64,000 nucleotides of DNA from Neocallimastix sp. 'constans' (GCA_050613775.1 JBODTK010000103.1:62001-126000); one strand, 5' to 3'. Positions 30,454-44,038 are shown, counted from the first letter of the stretch. Numbers and translations are program-made. Notes: generated by a model from the letters alone, not told the origin.

Positions 30454-31141
30454 ATGGAAAATTTATAATTAAATAGAGGTTTATAGGATTCTTGGGTACT
30501 CAAAAAATCTGTTATTTAAGCCCCCAAATGACAAGACATGAATCTAACATCATCAAAACTTGTAGTGGCGGTTTCAAATGTGTTAGGTGAGACTTGAAGT
30601 TCTTGAAAAAAAGTGAGAAGGATTATTATTTGATTGAAAAGTTAACGACAGTAAAAAAAAAAATAAAACTATTTGAATTAATGAAATGAGTGAAAAAAAA
30701 AGTTTATTAGTAGAAAAAAAACTCATGAATTCTTTTTTTTTTTTTTTTTTTTTTGTATCGGTTGGTAATAGTACACCTAATGAATTTTTTTTTTTAAGCA
30801 ATGTAAAATAACCAAACAAACAGATAACAAAAAAAAAAAAAAAAAAAAATCAAGGATTTACTACTCTTACTCTTATTATCAGAGAAACAAAATCTTACGG
30901 TTAAGAGGAGTCATTGAAGCAGAAAAGGCCGATGCTGATATTATTGCTACAACTGGTTGTGATGAAGGTGATTGGTTGTAGGTCAATTAATTGCTACAGG
31001 TACTTTTACTACCGTAATTACAATATTAAATTTCTGATGCTGCAAAAATTCCAGTACTTGTAGCTGGTGAGTATTATTAATTAAAAAAAAAAAAAAATTT
31101 TTTTTTGCCAAAGCTTGCTACAATTCTTAGAGCAGAAGGTG

Positions 31142-31172
<31 letters not shown>

Positions 31173-31345
31173 GTACATAGTTTATTTTTTCTAAAGAAAA
31201 TCTAGCTGCTGTTGCTGTTAATATGAAACATGATATTGTTAAACATTCATTCCGATGGATTTTTCCTTGCTTATTGACTATGCCAAATAGATCAGCTAGA
31301 GGGAATACTACACCACCATATATATTGCCAATGAAAGAGCAAAAG
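30454..31345 (+). pseudogene. Decayed nitronate monooxygenase / FabK-like FMN-dependent oxidoreductase
   Basis: Fragments across frames: RILGTQK, VI*AP, NLTSSKLVVAVSNV, VIEAEKADADIIATTGCDEG, ATGTFTTV, SDAAKIPVLVAG, LRAEGVF. These match the 2-nitropropane dioxygenase family pattern (VIQAPM..LVAAVSNAGG, EAGG, IPVIAAGGI, GAEGV). Many frameshifts and homopolymer expansions. Confidence 0.75.
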
Positions 31346-32381
31346 GATTCATTTTTTAAAACATTTTATTAATATATATTACATATCATATATATATATA
31401 TTTTTTAATAAATCAATGAATATTTATTTATTTATTTAATTATTTATTGTATTATTAAATAAAATATTAACAATTGAAATAAAATAGTTTTTTTTTAAAA
31501 AAAACTTTGAAAATTTATATTATTTTTATTTTTATCAATCAAAAAAATCATTAAACTTTTTTTTTTTTTTTTATTTTTTTAATAAAAATAAAAATATTTT
31601 TATATATATATGAATTTAATTTTATAATTATAATTATAATTTATTATTTATTTATTTATTTATTTATTTGCTATTTACTCTTACTATTATTATTTTAGTG
31701 ATGGTGTCAAAATTAAGTTCGTATTTATATGCATATATATATATTTTTAATATGTATAATTAGAAACGTATGCGGAGGCGGAGACGCTTTCCGATTTGAA
31801 CAGCCGCAATTAAAGTTATAAATAAATAAATGTTACATGTTAAGCCCCATTGAGAAATGCAACAAAGTTTATGAGTGTGCTTAACATGATTAATAATATA
31901 AAAGTATCCGATTTTAACTTTGCATAAATAATAATAATAATAATAATAAAATATAAATTATCTAAACCCGCATTCATATTAGTATCAAGATTTTTTTTTT
32001 TTTTTATTTACAGTATGTACCTCCCTTGATTACTGCCTCCCTTTTCCATCTCTTAGGAGCAGTGGGAATATTAAGATAGTTATAATACTTCTATAGAGGT
32101 TGATAGTGTCTCTGATGGACGGCTTTACTAAGTGATTTCAGCATTGATGCTCTGACATGCATATTAGTATATTGTTGAGATTTTTTTTTTATAGGTACGC
32201 TTTTTCTTGATGTGTTTCTCCAGTGCCTAATTTCCCTTTGAAAGTAAGATCAATATATTCTAACCCATGACGATACTTGCTCGTTCTTTTGGCTAATGTA
32301 TAAACGTCGGAAAGATTGTAAATTTAATAGAATATATATCTACATGGTACACATGGTACATTAACAAAAAAAAAAAAAAAG

Positions 32382-32413
<32 letters not shown>

Positions 32414-32634
32414 AAAAATAAAAATAAAAATAAAAATAGGTTTAACTTTATTTTATATTAACATAATAGAACAATACCAGTTTTATTGGATAACCAATAA
32501 ATATTATATATTTATATAGAAAAATAACCAAAAAAAAAAAAAAATAATAAATAAATAAATAAATAAATAAAAGAAAAACAAAAGGTAAATAAAAATATAA
32601 TTCAAACTTTTTTTTAAAAAAAAAAAAAAAAAAA

Positions 32635-33066
32635 ATGGCTTTCTTAACTATGAGTGATGGGGTTAAAATCTATTATGAAGATAATAAGAAAGATGGACAA
32701 ACCCTTTTATTTTGTCATGGACTAAATTCTTCTCATACCTTAATAAAAAATTTTATTGATGAATTTCGTGGAAACTATCATGTAGTTTGTTATGATCAAA
32801 GAGGTCATGAAAATTCCGATCGCCCCAAAATAAATATGAATGTTAATCGACTTGGAAAAGATTTAAATGAAATCATTGAACAACTAAAATTGAACGACAT
32901 TATTTTAATTGGTCATTCTATGGGAGCTGCTACTATATTTAATTACGTTAATTACCATGGTTGTGATCGAATTAAAAAAATTGTTGCTGTTGATATGAGT
33001 CCTTACATGAGAAATACCGTTTGGGAAGGGGGTATAGGATTGGGAAAATGGACAGATAATCAATAA
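32635..33066 (+). pseudogene. C-terminally truncated alpha/beta hydrolase (non-heme haloperoxidase/esterase-like, bacterial type)
   Basis: Intronless; motifs SDGVKIYYED, LFCHG, YDQRGH and nucleophile GHSMG. Stops at 143 aa, before the region that would carry the catalytic Asp and His, and I see no downstream exon. Confidence 0.75.
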
Positions 33067-33635
33067 TGAATACTAAAATTTAATGAATAATTACTTATTT
33101 ATTATTCTTAATTTGTTACAATAAAAATTTACTAAAATTTATCAAGAATTTATTAATTATACTTTTTTTAAAAAAAAAAAGAAAAATATATATACATATA
33201 TATATACAATATAATATAAATAATGTATATATTAAGTAAAACTAAGAAAATTCATATTATAAAAAAAAAAAAAAGAAATTAAATCTAAAATAATTTAATA
33301 TTTTTTATTCTTTTAATATTATATATTTATTAAAATTTTTTAATTTTTTTAATAATATCAATTATAATATTATAATATTAAAAATAATTTTTTTTAATAA
33401 TGTTAATTATTATATTAATAAATAAGTTTTTTTACTTAATAATTTATATCAATTAATTAATTTTTCTATATTATTTTAAATTTTATTAAATATAAAATTT
33501 TAAATTTTACATAATTAATAAAATATTAATAGTTATTAATAGTAATACAAATTGTTCCTGACTCAAAACACAAATTATGAACATAAAATAATATAATAAA
33601 TTGAAACAAATATGCATATGGCATGTATATATATT

Positions 33636-33820
33636 ATAATTTATATCTATAATCTCTAATTTATTTTATAATTTTTATCTATAATCTCTAATTTATTTTA
33701 TAATTTATATCTATAATCTCTAATTTATTTTATAATTTATATCTATAATCTTTAATTTATTTTATAATTTATATCTATAATCTCTAATAATTTATTTTAT
33801 AATTTATATCTATATCTATA
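33636..33820. repeat. 32-bp tandem minisatellite, 5-6 copies
   Basis: Unit ATAATTTATATCTATAATCTCTAATTTATTTT. Confidence 0.85.
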
Positions 33821-34406
33821 ATTTAAAAATTATTTTATAATTTGAATTAATTTAATTTAAATTATTATTATTATTAATTATTTTTCTTAATATTATTATT
33901 AATTATTTTTTTTTTAATAATAATATTTTTTATTATTATTATTATTATTTTTTATTTTTAATAATTAATATAAACCTCTATTTTAAAAAATATAGAAAAC
34001 CGTAATATACTAATTTTTTTTTTAAAAAAAAAAACAACCCTTTTTAATAAGAACTAATAGAATTAATAAATCTACTAATAAAAGTTAATAAATTATTAAT
34101 AATAATTAATGAATTTATCATTAATAATTGAATAAATACATCATTTATAAATAAAACTATTATTAATAGTTTATAAATATGTTTATAAATAAACAATTTT
34201 TTATTAAATAAACAATTTTCTGTTATATCTATAAAAATATTAATAAATAAACAATCTTCTATTATGTCTATAAAATATTTATTTGGTTTTTATCATTTTC
34301 TATCTTTAATAAAATGCGTTATTCAAAATAATAAAGTAAAAAACAAGGTATAATGTATATTTTGGGATATATTCAATAAATCAATCGTATCTAAATTAAT
34401 AAAAAC

Positions 34407-35938
34407 TTAATAATAATATACGATCTGGTGTGGTTGTTGCTGATAATTTGAATATATTTTGGTATATTGAGTATTGCTAATTTGTTGTGATGAAAGAGTT
34501 GATGGAATTTGAGATGAAATTTGAGAAGGAAGAGTTGATGGAATATGAGATGAAATTTGAGAAGGAAGGGTTGATGGAAGAGTTGATGGAAGAGTTGATG
34601 AAATTTGCGATGGAAGTGTAGTTGGAACTTGAACTTCATAGACAGGACATTCAATAACATTTATGGTTGGAAGAGAAACAGCATTCATATTAAATTGTTC
34701 AACATTTCCACTATTAATTATAGTGGGACTAGAAATAATTGAAGGGGATGAAAAAGTATTTGGAATATCTTTATTTAATTGAACAAAAGTATCAGTTTGG
34801 ATTGGTGATGGATAAACCGTTTGTTGTGGATTAGTATTAGTATTTACAGAGAGGGTTGGATATTCAACTTCAGAATATAGGGTATTACAGTAGTTTTTCA
34901 TTTTATTAGAAATGTCAATATTATTATTAGAAGGGATAACTGGAACATTTAATGTTGGGGAAAGATAATATTGAGATGGGGTATTATTATTAGTATTATC
35001 ATTATTATTATCATCATCATCAATATTTTTAGTATTATTTTGTTTAGTCTTTAAATCCTTATTCGAAGATTTTCCAATTTTATTAATAATCTCATCTTCA
35101 TAATGACAAATATTATTGTAGGTCTTATCATCACATAATTTTTTCCACATTTTCTTAACATGAGAACTATTAATAATATCTGGTCTATTTCCAGCAGTTT
35201 TAAGAATAGAACCCCATAAAAGTTTCATTTGTTTTGGGGTTTTAGCACAATTATATAAAGATCTGCAAATACGTTCATAACATGGTTGAATATAAAATTC
35301 TTCAAGTTGATCAATAACTTTAGCAGAAATTAAATAACGATATGCCTCTATAATAATTAGTTTTAAATAAAATTTTTTTTTTTTTTTAAAAATAAATATT
35401 AATATCTATAATAAAAGTATCTAAAGATATGTTTTTTATATGTAATTATATAATAAAACTTACGAGCTCTATAAAATAATAATATGAATATATAGTTTTT
35501 TTTTTTTTTAAATATGTGAATAAATAAATTTCAAAAATTAATAATTATTAATATTTTATTTTAATTTTATTTTAAGAATATGAATATAAATACATATTAT
35601 TTATTTTAAGAATATGAATAATAGATACATATTATTAATATTAATAATATTATAATAATTACTTTGATATGTTCCATTTCATTTTAATATATTCTTCAAA
35701 AGAATAATTTGTTTGTTTGTACTTTTTTCCTTGTAAAGATATTTGAACATTTTTAACTAATTCTTTAAAGCATCTTTGCTTTTCTAAATATGCCTTAAGA
35801 GAACTATTAAGTTTAATTTAAGAAAGGAAAAAAAAAATTAATATATTATTATATATTTTTTAGATACTATTGATTATTCATAATTATTATTTTTATTATT
35901 TATATATATTACTTTTCAAGAATAATATTTGATAACAT
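34407..35938 (-). CDS. Putative HTH DNA-binding protein (paralog C, about 370 aa); exons 35938-35913, 35803-35663, 35468-35464, 35347-34407
   Basis: Spliced frame MLSNIILENSLKAYLEKQRCFKELVK...SFEEYIKMKWNISKAQAYRYLISAKVIDQLEEFYIQPCYERICRSL...QIVYYY*; exon sizes and microexon identical to paralog B. Confidence 0.88.
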
Positions 35939-36678
35939 TTTTATATATATTAGATAAACCAAAAATAAGAAAGTAATTATTTAATATATTTTAAACTTTA
36001 TAATTTTTAAAAAAGTTATTAAAATATAAAATTATATAAATTATTATTTTAATTATTTTATTTTTATTCTTTATAAATTAAGTTTTTTTATTTATTTTTT
36101 TTTTTTGTATGCTTTTATTTAAGTACAAAAAAAAAAAAAAATAAGGAAAATTTTTTGTATTTATATCTTTTAATTATAATATATAAATTTAATCATTAAT
36201 TTTTAATATATGCCATAATATATAAAAATCAATAATTATTTAAATTATTTAATTAAATTTTTAATCTATTCCTAAATAATTTTAATATATATTAAAAAAA
36301 AAAAAAAAAAATTAGTAAATTTATACACTTATTCATAATACTTTTTTTTTTTTTATGGTTAAAATATTATATAATTTTATATTATTGATTATTTAATAAT
36401 ATTATAATATATCTTTTAATATTTATTAATTATATATAATATTAAATTTTAATAAATAAATAAAAAAAAATGTTTCAAAAACAAAGATAGTATATTCTTA
36501 AAAATTAATAAAATAAATAAACTTTTAATTTTTATGGATAAAAGTATTTTTTCTGGTATGCAATTTTATTCGCTGAAATAATTATATAATATTAATATAA
36601 TTTAAGTTATTTTTTATATTCTTTATACATACTTTTCTTTATATACTATTACTTCATTTCTTCATTTCTTTATTTCTT

Positions 36679-36712
<34 letters not shown>

Positions 36713-37769
36713 TATGTTGATTTTTATTTTTATCTTTATCTTTTGTTTTTTTTTCCATTTATTTCCATTATTACAAATTAGATTTTTATTTCGGAGATTT
36801 TCTAATTTTTTTATTATAAAATTTTATTACTATTATAAATATAGATATGAAAAAAATAATTTTAAAATCATTAATTGTATTTTAAAGTATTAATTAACCA
36901 TAAAAATTTTGAAAAAAAAAAAAGAATTCTAATAGAAATTATTTAATTTTATTTTATTTTATTATTATTATTATTATTTTTTTTTTTACAAAACTTGTTT
37001 TATTCTTATATTTATAAATAAGGATATTAAGATTTATGACTAGTATGGCTGTGAATAAAATTGAATAATTACATTTAAAATATATATATATACTTGAAAT
37101 GAAAGTTGAACTAAAATTTAAAATACAAGAACTTTTAGGATTTTAATGAATATTTTTTTTAAAATCTTTAAAATACATATTACAATAAATATATTAGCAA
37201 ATAGAAAAATTATAACTAATATTCTTAATTCCTTTTACAATAATTACATAAAAATTACACAAAACTTACACAATTTATATATATTAATGGAACAAACGTA
37301 ATATATAATACTAAATATTATTCATGTAGATAATATTTTAATAAAAGTGTAATTAAAAAAAATTACCATTTTTAGGATTTAGTGAGTATTGTTAAATTCA
37401 TTAAAATATAAATATATATTTATGAAATATTAATGTTTAATTATAATAATTATTTATAAATAAAGACATTTTAAAAGTAATAAATAAAAAAATATTATTA
37501 TTAATTTCATAATTTTTGTATATTATAATAAAAACTAAATTTTTTTAATTATGAATTAAAGTTTGTATGGATTGTCAGAATTTGTTATTTTTAATTTATT
37601 AATTATATTATTTTAATATTAATATGTAAACAAAAAAATATTAATAAAAAAAAATAACAGTATAAAAAAAGTATTTATTTACATAGAGAAAAAACTTAAT
37701 ATTAAAAATAATAACAGTAGTATAAAAAATATCAGTCAACAAAAAAAATTACATAATAGTATTAATAAT

Positions 37770-38160
37770 AATATTAATACTAATACTAATATTAATACTA
37801 ATACTAATACTAATACTAATACTAATACTAATACTAATACTAATACTAATACTAATACTAATAATAATAATACTAATAATAATACTAATAGTAATACTAA
37901 TAATAATACTAATAATAATACTAATAATACTAATACTAATAATAATAATACTAATAATAATACTAATAGTAATACTAATAATAATACTAATAATAATACT
38001 AATATCAATACCAATACTAATACATAATAATAATAAAAATAATAATAATAAAAATAATAATAATAAAAATAATAATAATAATAAAAATAATAATAATAAA
38101 AATAATAATAATAATAAAAATAATAATAATAAAAATAATAATAATAATAATAAAAATAAT
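37770..38160. repeat. Compound (AATACT)n/(AAT)n microsatellite
   Basis: Direct reading; it explains the spurious LV-rich ORF 37736-38014. Confidence 0.9.
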
Positions 38161-39120
38161 AAATATATTAATAATTATATTAATAATAATAAATAATTAT
38201 ATTAATAATAATGATACCAAAATAATAGTAATAATATTATCAACATAATAACAATAATTATAAAATAACATATAATTATTTATAATATTTATAATATTTA
38301 TTTATATGATGAAGTAGATTTTTACTAATTTTAGGAAGATTTGATAATAAAAAGAATTATAAAATCAAATACTACAAAAATATGGCATATATATTTATGA
38401 TGGCGTAATTTTAATTTAATACTTTTATATCCCCAAAAAATATATATATAAATAAAGATATAAAATTTTTATTTGAAATATTTTATGAATTGATCATTTC
38501 ACATTAGTTATTATAAATAATAAAATATAATTAATATAAATTTTAATAAATTTAAATATAGTGTTTTTTATCTATCTATATCTATCTATATACTTATGTG
38601 ATCATATGTAACTTTTTTTATATTAGTAATTTAAAAAATAAAATAATATAAAAAAATTATTAATATATATATTTTATAATAATATTAAAAGTTAGCAGTG
38701 ATTTCGGTAGATGAGGAGATAAAAAAAAAAGAAAAAAAAAATCAAAATTATGCAAAATTTAATATATATCCATTTAACGAATAAATCTTCATATCATAAA
38801 ATTTTATATACTTTTTAGGAAAATTATTAATTTTTTTTTTTTTTTTTTTTTAAAAAAATAAAGTTTATATGAAATGAAATTATGTAAATATTATAGATGG
38901 TAGTTTAAATATTAAAGAAAGATCTTTCATTTAATAATTACTTAAATTATTATGAAAAATTTAATATAATATAAAAGTCTAAAACAAAAGTATCAACTTT
39001 ATATTAAAATATAAATATAAAACATACAAATAAAAATATAATTTTTAATATAAAAGTTTAAAAAAGGAGATACATAATATTATAATTACTTTAATAAAGA
39101 TAAAAATAATTAAATATAAT

Positions 39121-39166
<46 letters not shown>

Positions 39167-39334
39167 TATAATTATTATTATATAATTATAATTATAGATT
39201 TATTTGATTAATTTAGAAATAAAGTATTACAAACTATTTTTTAATAAAATACTTACAATACTTATTTCTATTTTTTTGTGTAAAATTTAACTATTGTTTT
39301 TTAATTTATAATATCTGGCTAATATTAGTAATAT

Positions 39335-39371
<37 letters not shown>

Positions 39372-39529
39372 GTAAGAAATATAGTTGATTAATTAATGAA
39401 TTATTGAATATGTATGAAGGAGATTAATTAACAATTTTTATACTTCATTAGTAAATATAAATAAAACATTATCTTAAAAATATTTTGTAGTAAAGTTTTC
39501 AATTTTATATTAAAATTTTATGATAATAC

Positions 39530-39567
<38 letters not shown>

Positions 39568-40712
39568 AACAGTAAAATTTGAAATTCATATAAATTCATA
39601 TATAAAATTTTAAATTTTTTTTTCATAATTTTAATATTTTGATTTTTTATATGGATTATCAATTTTTTATTAAATAACTAATAAAGACATTAATTATTAT
39701 TATTGTTCTTAAATTAAAAAAAATAAAAAAATAAATAAAAAAATATTTAAATAAAATAATATTATTATATATATATATTTTAAAATAGTAATAATTATTG
39801 TATCCACTAATCATTTAAACTATTTCAAATAGCAATAATATTATCATTTTTTAAATTATTTCAAATAGTTTTGAATAGTTTTACTTTTTAAATTATTTCA
39901 AATAAATGTAATACTAACTTTTTTTTTAAGCTGCTTCAAATAATTATAATAAATTAGGAAATACGTTCAAACAATTTTCTTTCGTTTCTTTTTTTTTTTT
40001 TGAAATTTTTTTTTTTTTTTGAAATTTTTTTATTTTTTATTTTTTTATTTTTTATTTTTGAAATTGTAAGAATAGAATTAATTCATCTTCTTTAAATTAA
40101 AAATAAATATAATAAAAAGTTGTAAATATATTATTAAAAACTTAAATTAAACATAATATAAATTTATTTATGATTTATTTATTTAATTACTAATTATTAA
40201 ATATTAAATTTCAAAAAAATTTATTTGAAATGCATTTAATATTAAATAATATTATTAATAATAAAATAATATTAATAATGTATAAATGATTTACTTATAA
40301 GAAAGTTATTATAAAGTTACAATTTACATTAAGTATTTAAATAAATATTTATAAGAATTTATTTTCAAATATATCTTCAAAATTTATCATTATATATATA
40401 TATTTTTTATATGAATTAATTAAAATATATTTTTTTTCCTTATTTTAAATGATAAATCAATAAAACATATAAATTTGAATCGTTGATTTAGAGCTAATTT
40501 ATTATAGAAAAAAATCCTATTAAATCTAATGATATTTATGATAATTAAAAATAGTTTACTAATACCATCCACTATTATAAATTAATTTAAAGTAATAGGT
40601 CATATTATGGTTAGAAATTAATTTAATAATTTATTCATAAAAATTAATAATAATAAAACATAATTTCGATAATTCTTTATTATTATTAATTTTTTCATAT
40701 ATAAATATATAA

Positions 40713-40754
<42 letters not shown>

Positions 40755-40807
40755 ATATTTTAATTTATTATTAAATAAATATTAATAAAATAATAATATA
40801 TTTTTTA

Positions 40808-41272
40808 AGTATATATGTTCGGTTAGAACAATAAAGGTTACTGTCAAGGTCGGGGTTCGAATCACTGATAGAGCACCAAATAAGCCCTGAAGTTTTCTAT
40901 CCTGAGGTCTCGTACAACTACAGTGGTACCTAAAAAGGCTTTTCTCTTTTGGTTACCATCACACCCAACCCTGATACTATGCTACGATGTAATTATAGGT
41001 CTTGATGATTTCTCCCAGGTTAATTCGAAAGGAATTAGGCAGGAACAAATTCCAACACACACATGATTACACCTACCTGGAGGAGTGAATGCTTCTTATT
41101 CCGATATACGTGGTCAATGGAGATATATGTTGGAATGTATAGGGAATTCATCTCCGGGCAGACGTGTTAACGATATGTTGTGAGCAACTACGCTGTACTG
41201 ATATGCCATATATCCTTACACCGACAGTAATTACTAATGGGAGATGGGATACCCATTATGTGTATGTCTATA
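40808..41272 (+). mobile_element. Candidate tRNA-derived SINE (or other Pol III ncRNA)
   Basis: Isolated ~460-bp GC-enriched non-coding island; A-box-like TATGTTCGGTTAG (40814-40826), B-box GGTTCGAATC (40854-40863), 3' stem-loop TAATGGG...CCCATTA (41235-41258), then a TGTGTATG/TA tail. Confidence 0.55.
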
Positions 41273-42189
41273 TATTTATTTTTTTAAAATTTATTAATAA
41301 TAAAATTAAGATTTATTTATCGTTTTCTTTTTTTTATTTCTTTTTTTTTATGTAATAAAGTTATTATTTTAACTAATAAATTTTGCAACATTATATATAA
41401 ACAAATGTACAAATTAATAAAATTTGATTAATTTCTAAAAAATTCATTTATTTAACTTTATTAAAAAAAATTAAAAAAAAAAAAAAAAAAAATTATTTAA
41501 TAAATGAAATTAAGAAATTAATAAAATTAATGAATATTAAAATCAATAAAATTTATTGGTTGAGGTTATTATATAATATATATCCATAAAATTTCAAAAA
41601 AAATTGTTTATTTTAAATTATTTTATATAAAATATAACATTTTTTGAGAATATTAAGATATAGCTTAAGATATGAAAATTAATACTTTTAAAATTTAATT
41701 TTCTTATTTCATAAAATCTACTTAAAATAACTTTATTACCATTATTACAGCATAGCTTATTATCGACTTTCATAAATTCAATAAACAAATTTGATTTTTA
41801 TTATTTTTATATCTAATTTAATTATATATATATATATTTATTATATTATATAATTGCTTAATTTTTTTCTTTTTTTAACTATTATTTTTTAATTTTTTTT
41901 TTTCTTATTTTAATTATTTTTTATTTTTATTTAATTTTTCATTCATTTCAGTAAAAGTAAAATGCCGTTTTTATTTTTTATTAATTATATAAAGAAAAAA
42001 AAAAAAAAGTTATTTTTTTACATTTTAAAAATATAAAAATTTATGATTTATGAATGAATGAAATTCATTGGTTAAGTTAATATCGTTATTTATTTATTTA
42101 TTTATTTTTTTTTATAATAATTGATATTTTTAATAATTAAATATAATTAAATTATTTATAAATCAATAAATCGTTTCTTAAAATTATTA

Positions 42190-42300
42190 CTATTTTAAGT
42201 TATTTGTTTATAATTTTGGGTAAATAATAAGTTAGGTACTTTTAATTACTTTACTCTCAAATTTTTATTTTCTAAATATTTCAAAATATTAAAATTTATT
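42190..42300 (-). pseudogene. Decayed copy of the 3' end of the Dicer terminal exon
   Basis: Shares TTACTCTCAAATTTTT with the Dicer last exon near 43835; translates K*KFESKVIKS versus KEKFESKLIER. Confidence 0.45.
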
Positions 42301-42589
42301 CTAAGAATTCTTGTATTTAATCATATTCATATTAATATTCTTCTTTTAATTATTATATAACTAATAATAAATTTGAATAAATACACATATATTTATTTAT
42401 TTTATAATAATTTTATAGTAACATAATTTAATAAAACTCATTAAATTTTTTTTTAAATTTTAATTGCAAAATTCAAAATAAATATAATTAAACAATGTTT
42501 TTAATAATTTAGAAATTATTATTATTATTATTATTATTATTTTTTTTTTTTTTTTTTTTTGAAATATTTATTTTTAATGGCGCATATAT

Positions 42590-42765
42590 ATAATGATTAG
42601 GATTATGAAATACATTAAAAATGATTTAACTTCCAAATATAACTTTCTTATTTAATAATAACAATTCAAATAGCTTTAGTTATAGAGTTTTTGGTACTTT
42701 TTTTTTTTTTTTTTATTAAATTAACAATATTATAATATATGCTTTAAGAATATTAAAGTAATGTT
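42590..42765 (-). pseudogene. Second decayed copy of the Dicer terminal exon
   Basis: TTAGGATTATGAAATACATT...TAATAACAATTCAAATAGCTTTAGTT is collinear with TTAGGATGTGTAATACGTT...TAATAACAGTTCAAAACAGCTTGAGCT in the Dicer last exon. Confidence 0.45.
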
Positions 42766-43072
42766 ATATATAGTTAAAATAATAATAGTATATATTATTA
42801 TATTTAATATTTAATATATATATTTTATTTTTACTTTTTTTTTAATAAAATAATGATTTTTTTTTTTTTTTTAATAAAATTTTAATGATTATTTTTTATA
42901 TAAATTTTTTTTTATAAAAAATCCATCTTATAGAATTAAAATAATTCCATCTATTTGTATTAATAATCAATATTACATAAAAAAAAAAAAAAAAAAGAAA
43001 AAAAAAATGCAAACTTTAATAAAATTCATTGGTTGAAGTAATTTTCAATATTTATGATAAATATAATTATAT

Positions 43073-43117
<45 letters not shown>

Positions 43118-43351
43118 TTTTTATAATAATAAATAAATGAACAATATTATTTTTATTATTCTTAACTCATTCTTCAATTTTCCTTTCCTGGTTTACTTGA
43201 TAATAATGTACACTAATATTATTATAATATATGTATATGTTTTTTTTTTTTTATTACAATTTAGTAATATGTCTTTTATATAATAAAATTTCAAGTAATT
43301 ATTTATGAAAAATTTTTATATAAAAAATATTAAATATTATTTTTATTCATA

Positions 43352-43396
<45 letters not shown>

Positions 43397-43435
43397 CAAT
43401 GAAATGGATGAATTTAAATATATTATAAAGAAAAC

Positions 43436-43475
<40 letters not shown>

Positions 43476-43527
43476 TAAATATGAAAATAAAAAAAAATAT
43501 ATATAAATAAATAAAATAAAATAAAAT

Positions 43528-43563
43528 AAATAGTAGAATATGTATATAAAGTACAGATTGAAT
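43528..43563 (+). repeat. Solo copy of the foldback repeat unit
   Basis: AAATAGTAGAATATGTATATAAAGTACAGATTGAAT flanked by AAAAT repeats, nearly identical to the units at 49.5-51.6 kb. Confidence 0.85.
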
Positions 43564-43629
43564 AAAATAAAATAAACATGAAAATTTAAAAATAATTACA
43601 AATGAAATAATAATTATTATTATAATTAC

Positions 43630-43676
<47 letters not shown>

Positions 43677-43776
43677 CTATAATAGTTTAAAGTGGTATAA
43701 TATTATATAATTATATTTAAAATGTGATAATAAAAATAATAGTTTTTTTTTTTTTTTTTTTTTTTTTTTTCATAAA

Positions 43777-44038
43777 TTATTTCCAATATTTTAAGGTATA
43801 AGTCATTTTAGGATGTGTAATACGTTCAATTAATTTACTCTCAAATTTTTCTTTTCCTAGTTTATAATAACAGTTCAAAACAGCTTGAGCTGTCATTCTT
43901 TTAGCAAGTTTCTTATTATTACTAATTTTTATAAATTCATTTAATGGAACAGCTTCACATTCCTTAAACAGAACATTTAAACAACATGAAGTAGAATTAT
44001 TATCTATTTTAATTAATCTTTATTTTCATTTTCATTTT

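Noticed and set aside
40808..40880. Functional tRNA gene
   Set aside because: B-box present, but I cannot fold a convincing acceptor or anticodon stem, and the GC-rich sequence continues for about 400 bp.
41164..41355. 63-aa ORF
   Set aside because: GTG start inside the SINE-like island, running into an AT tail; no recognisable motifs.
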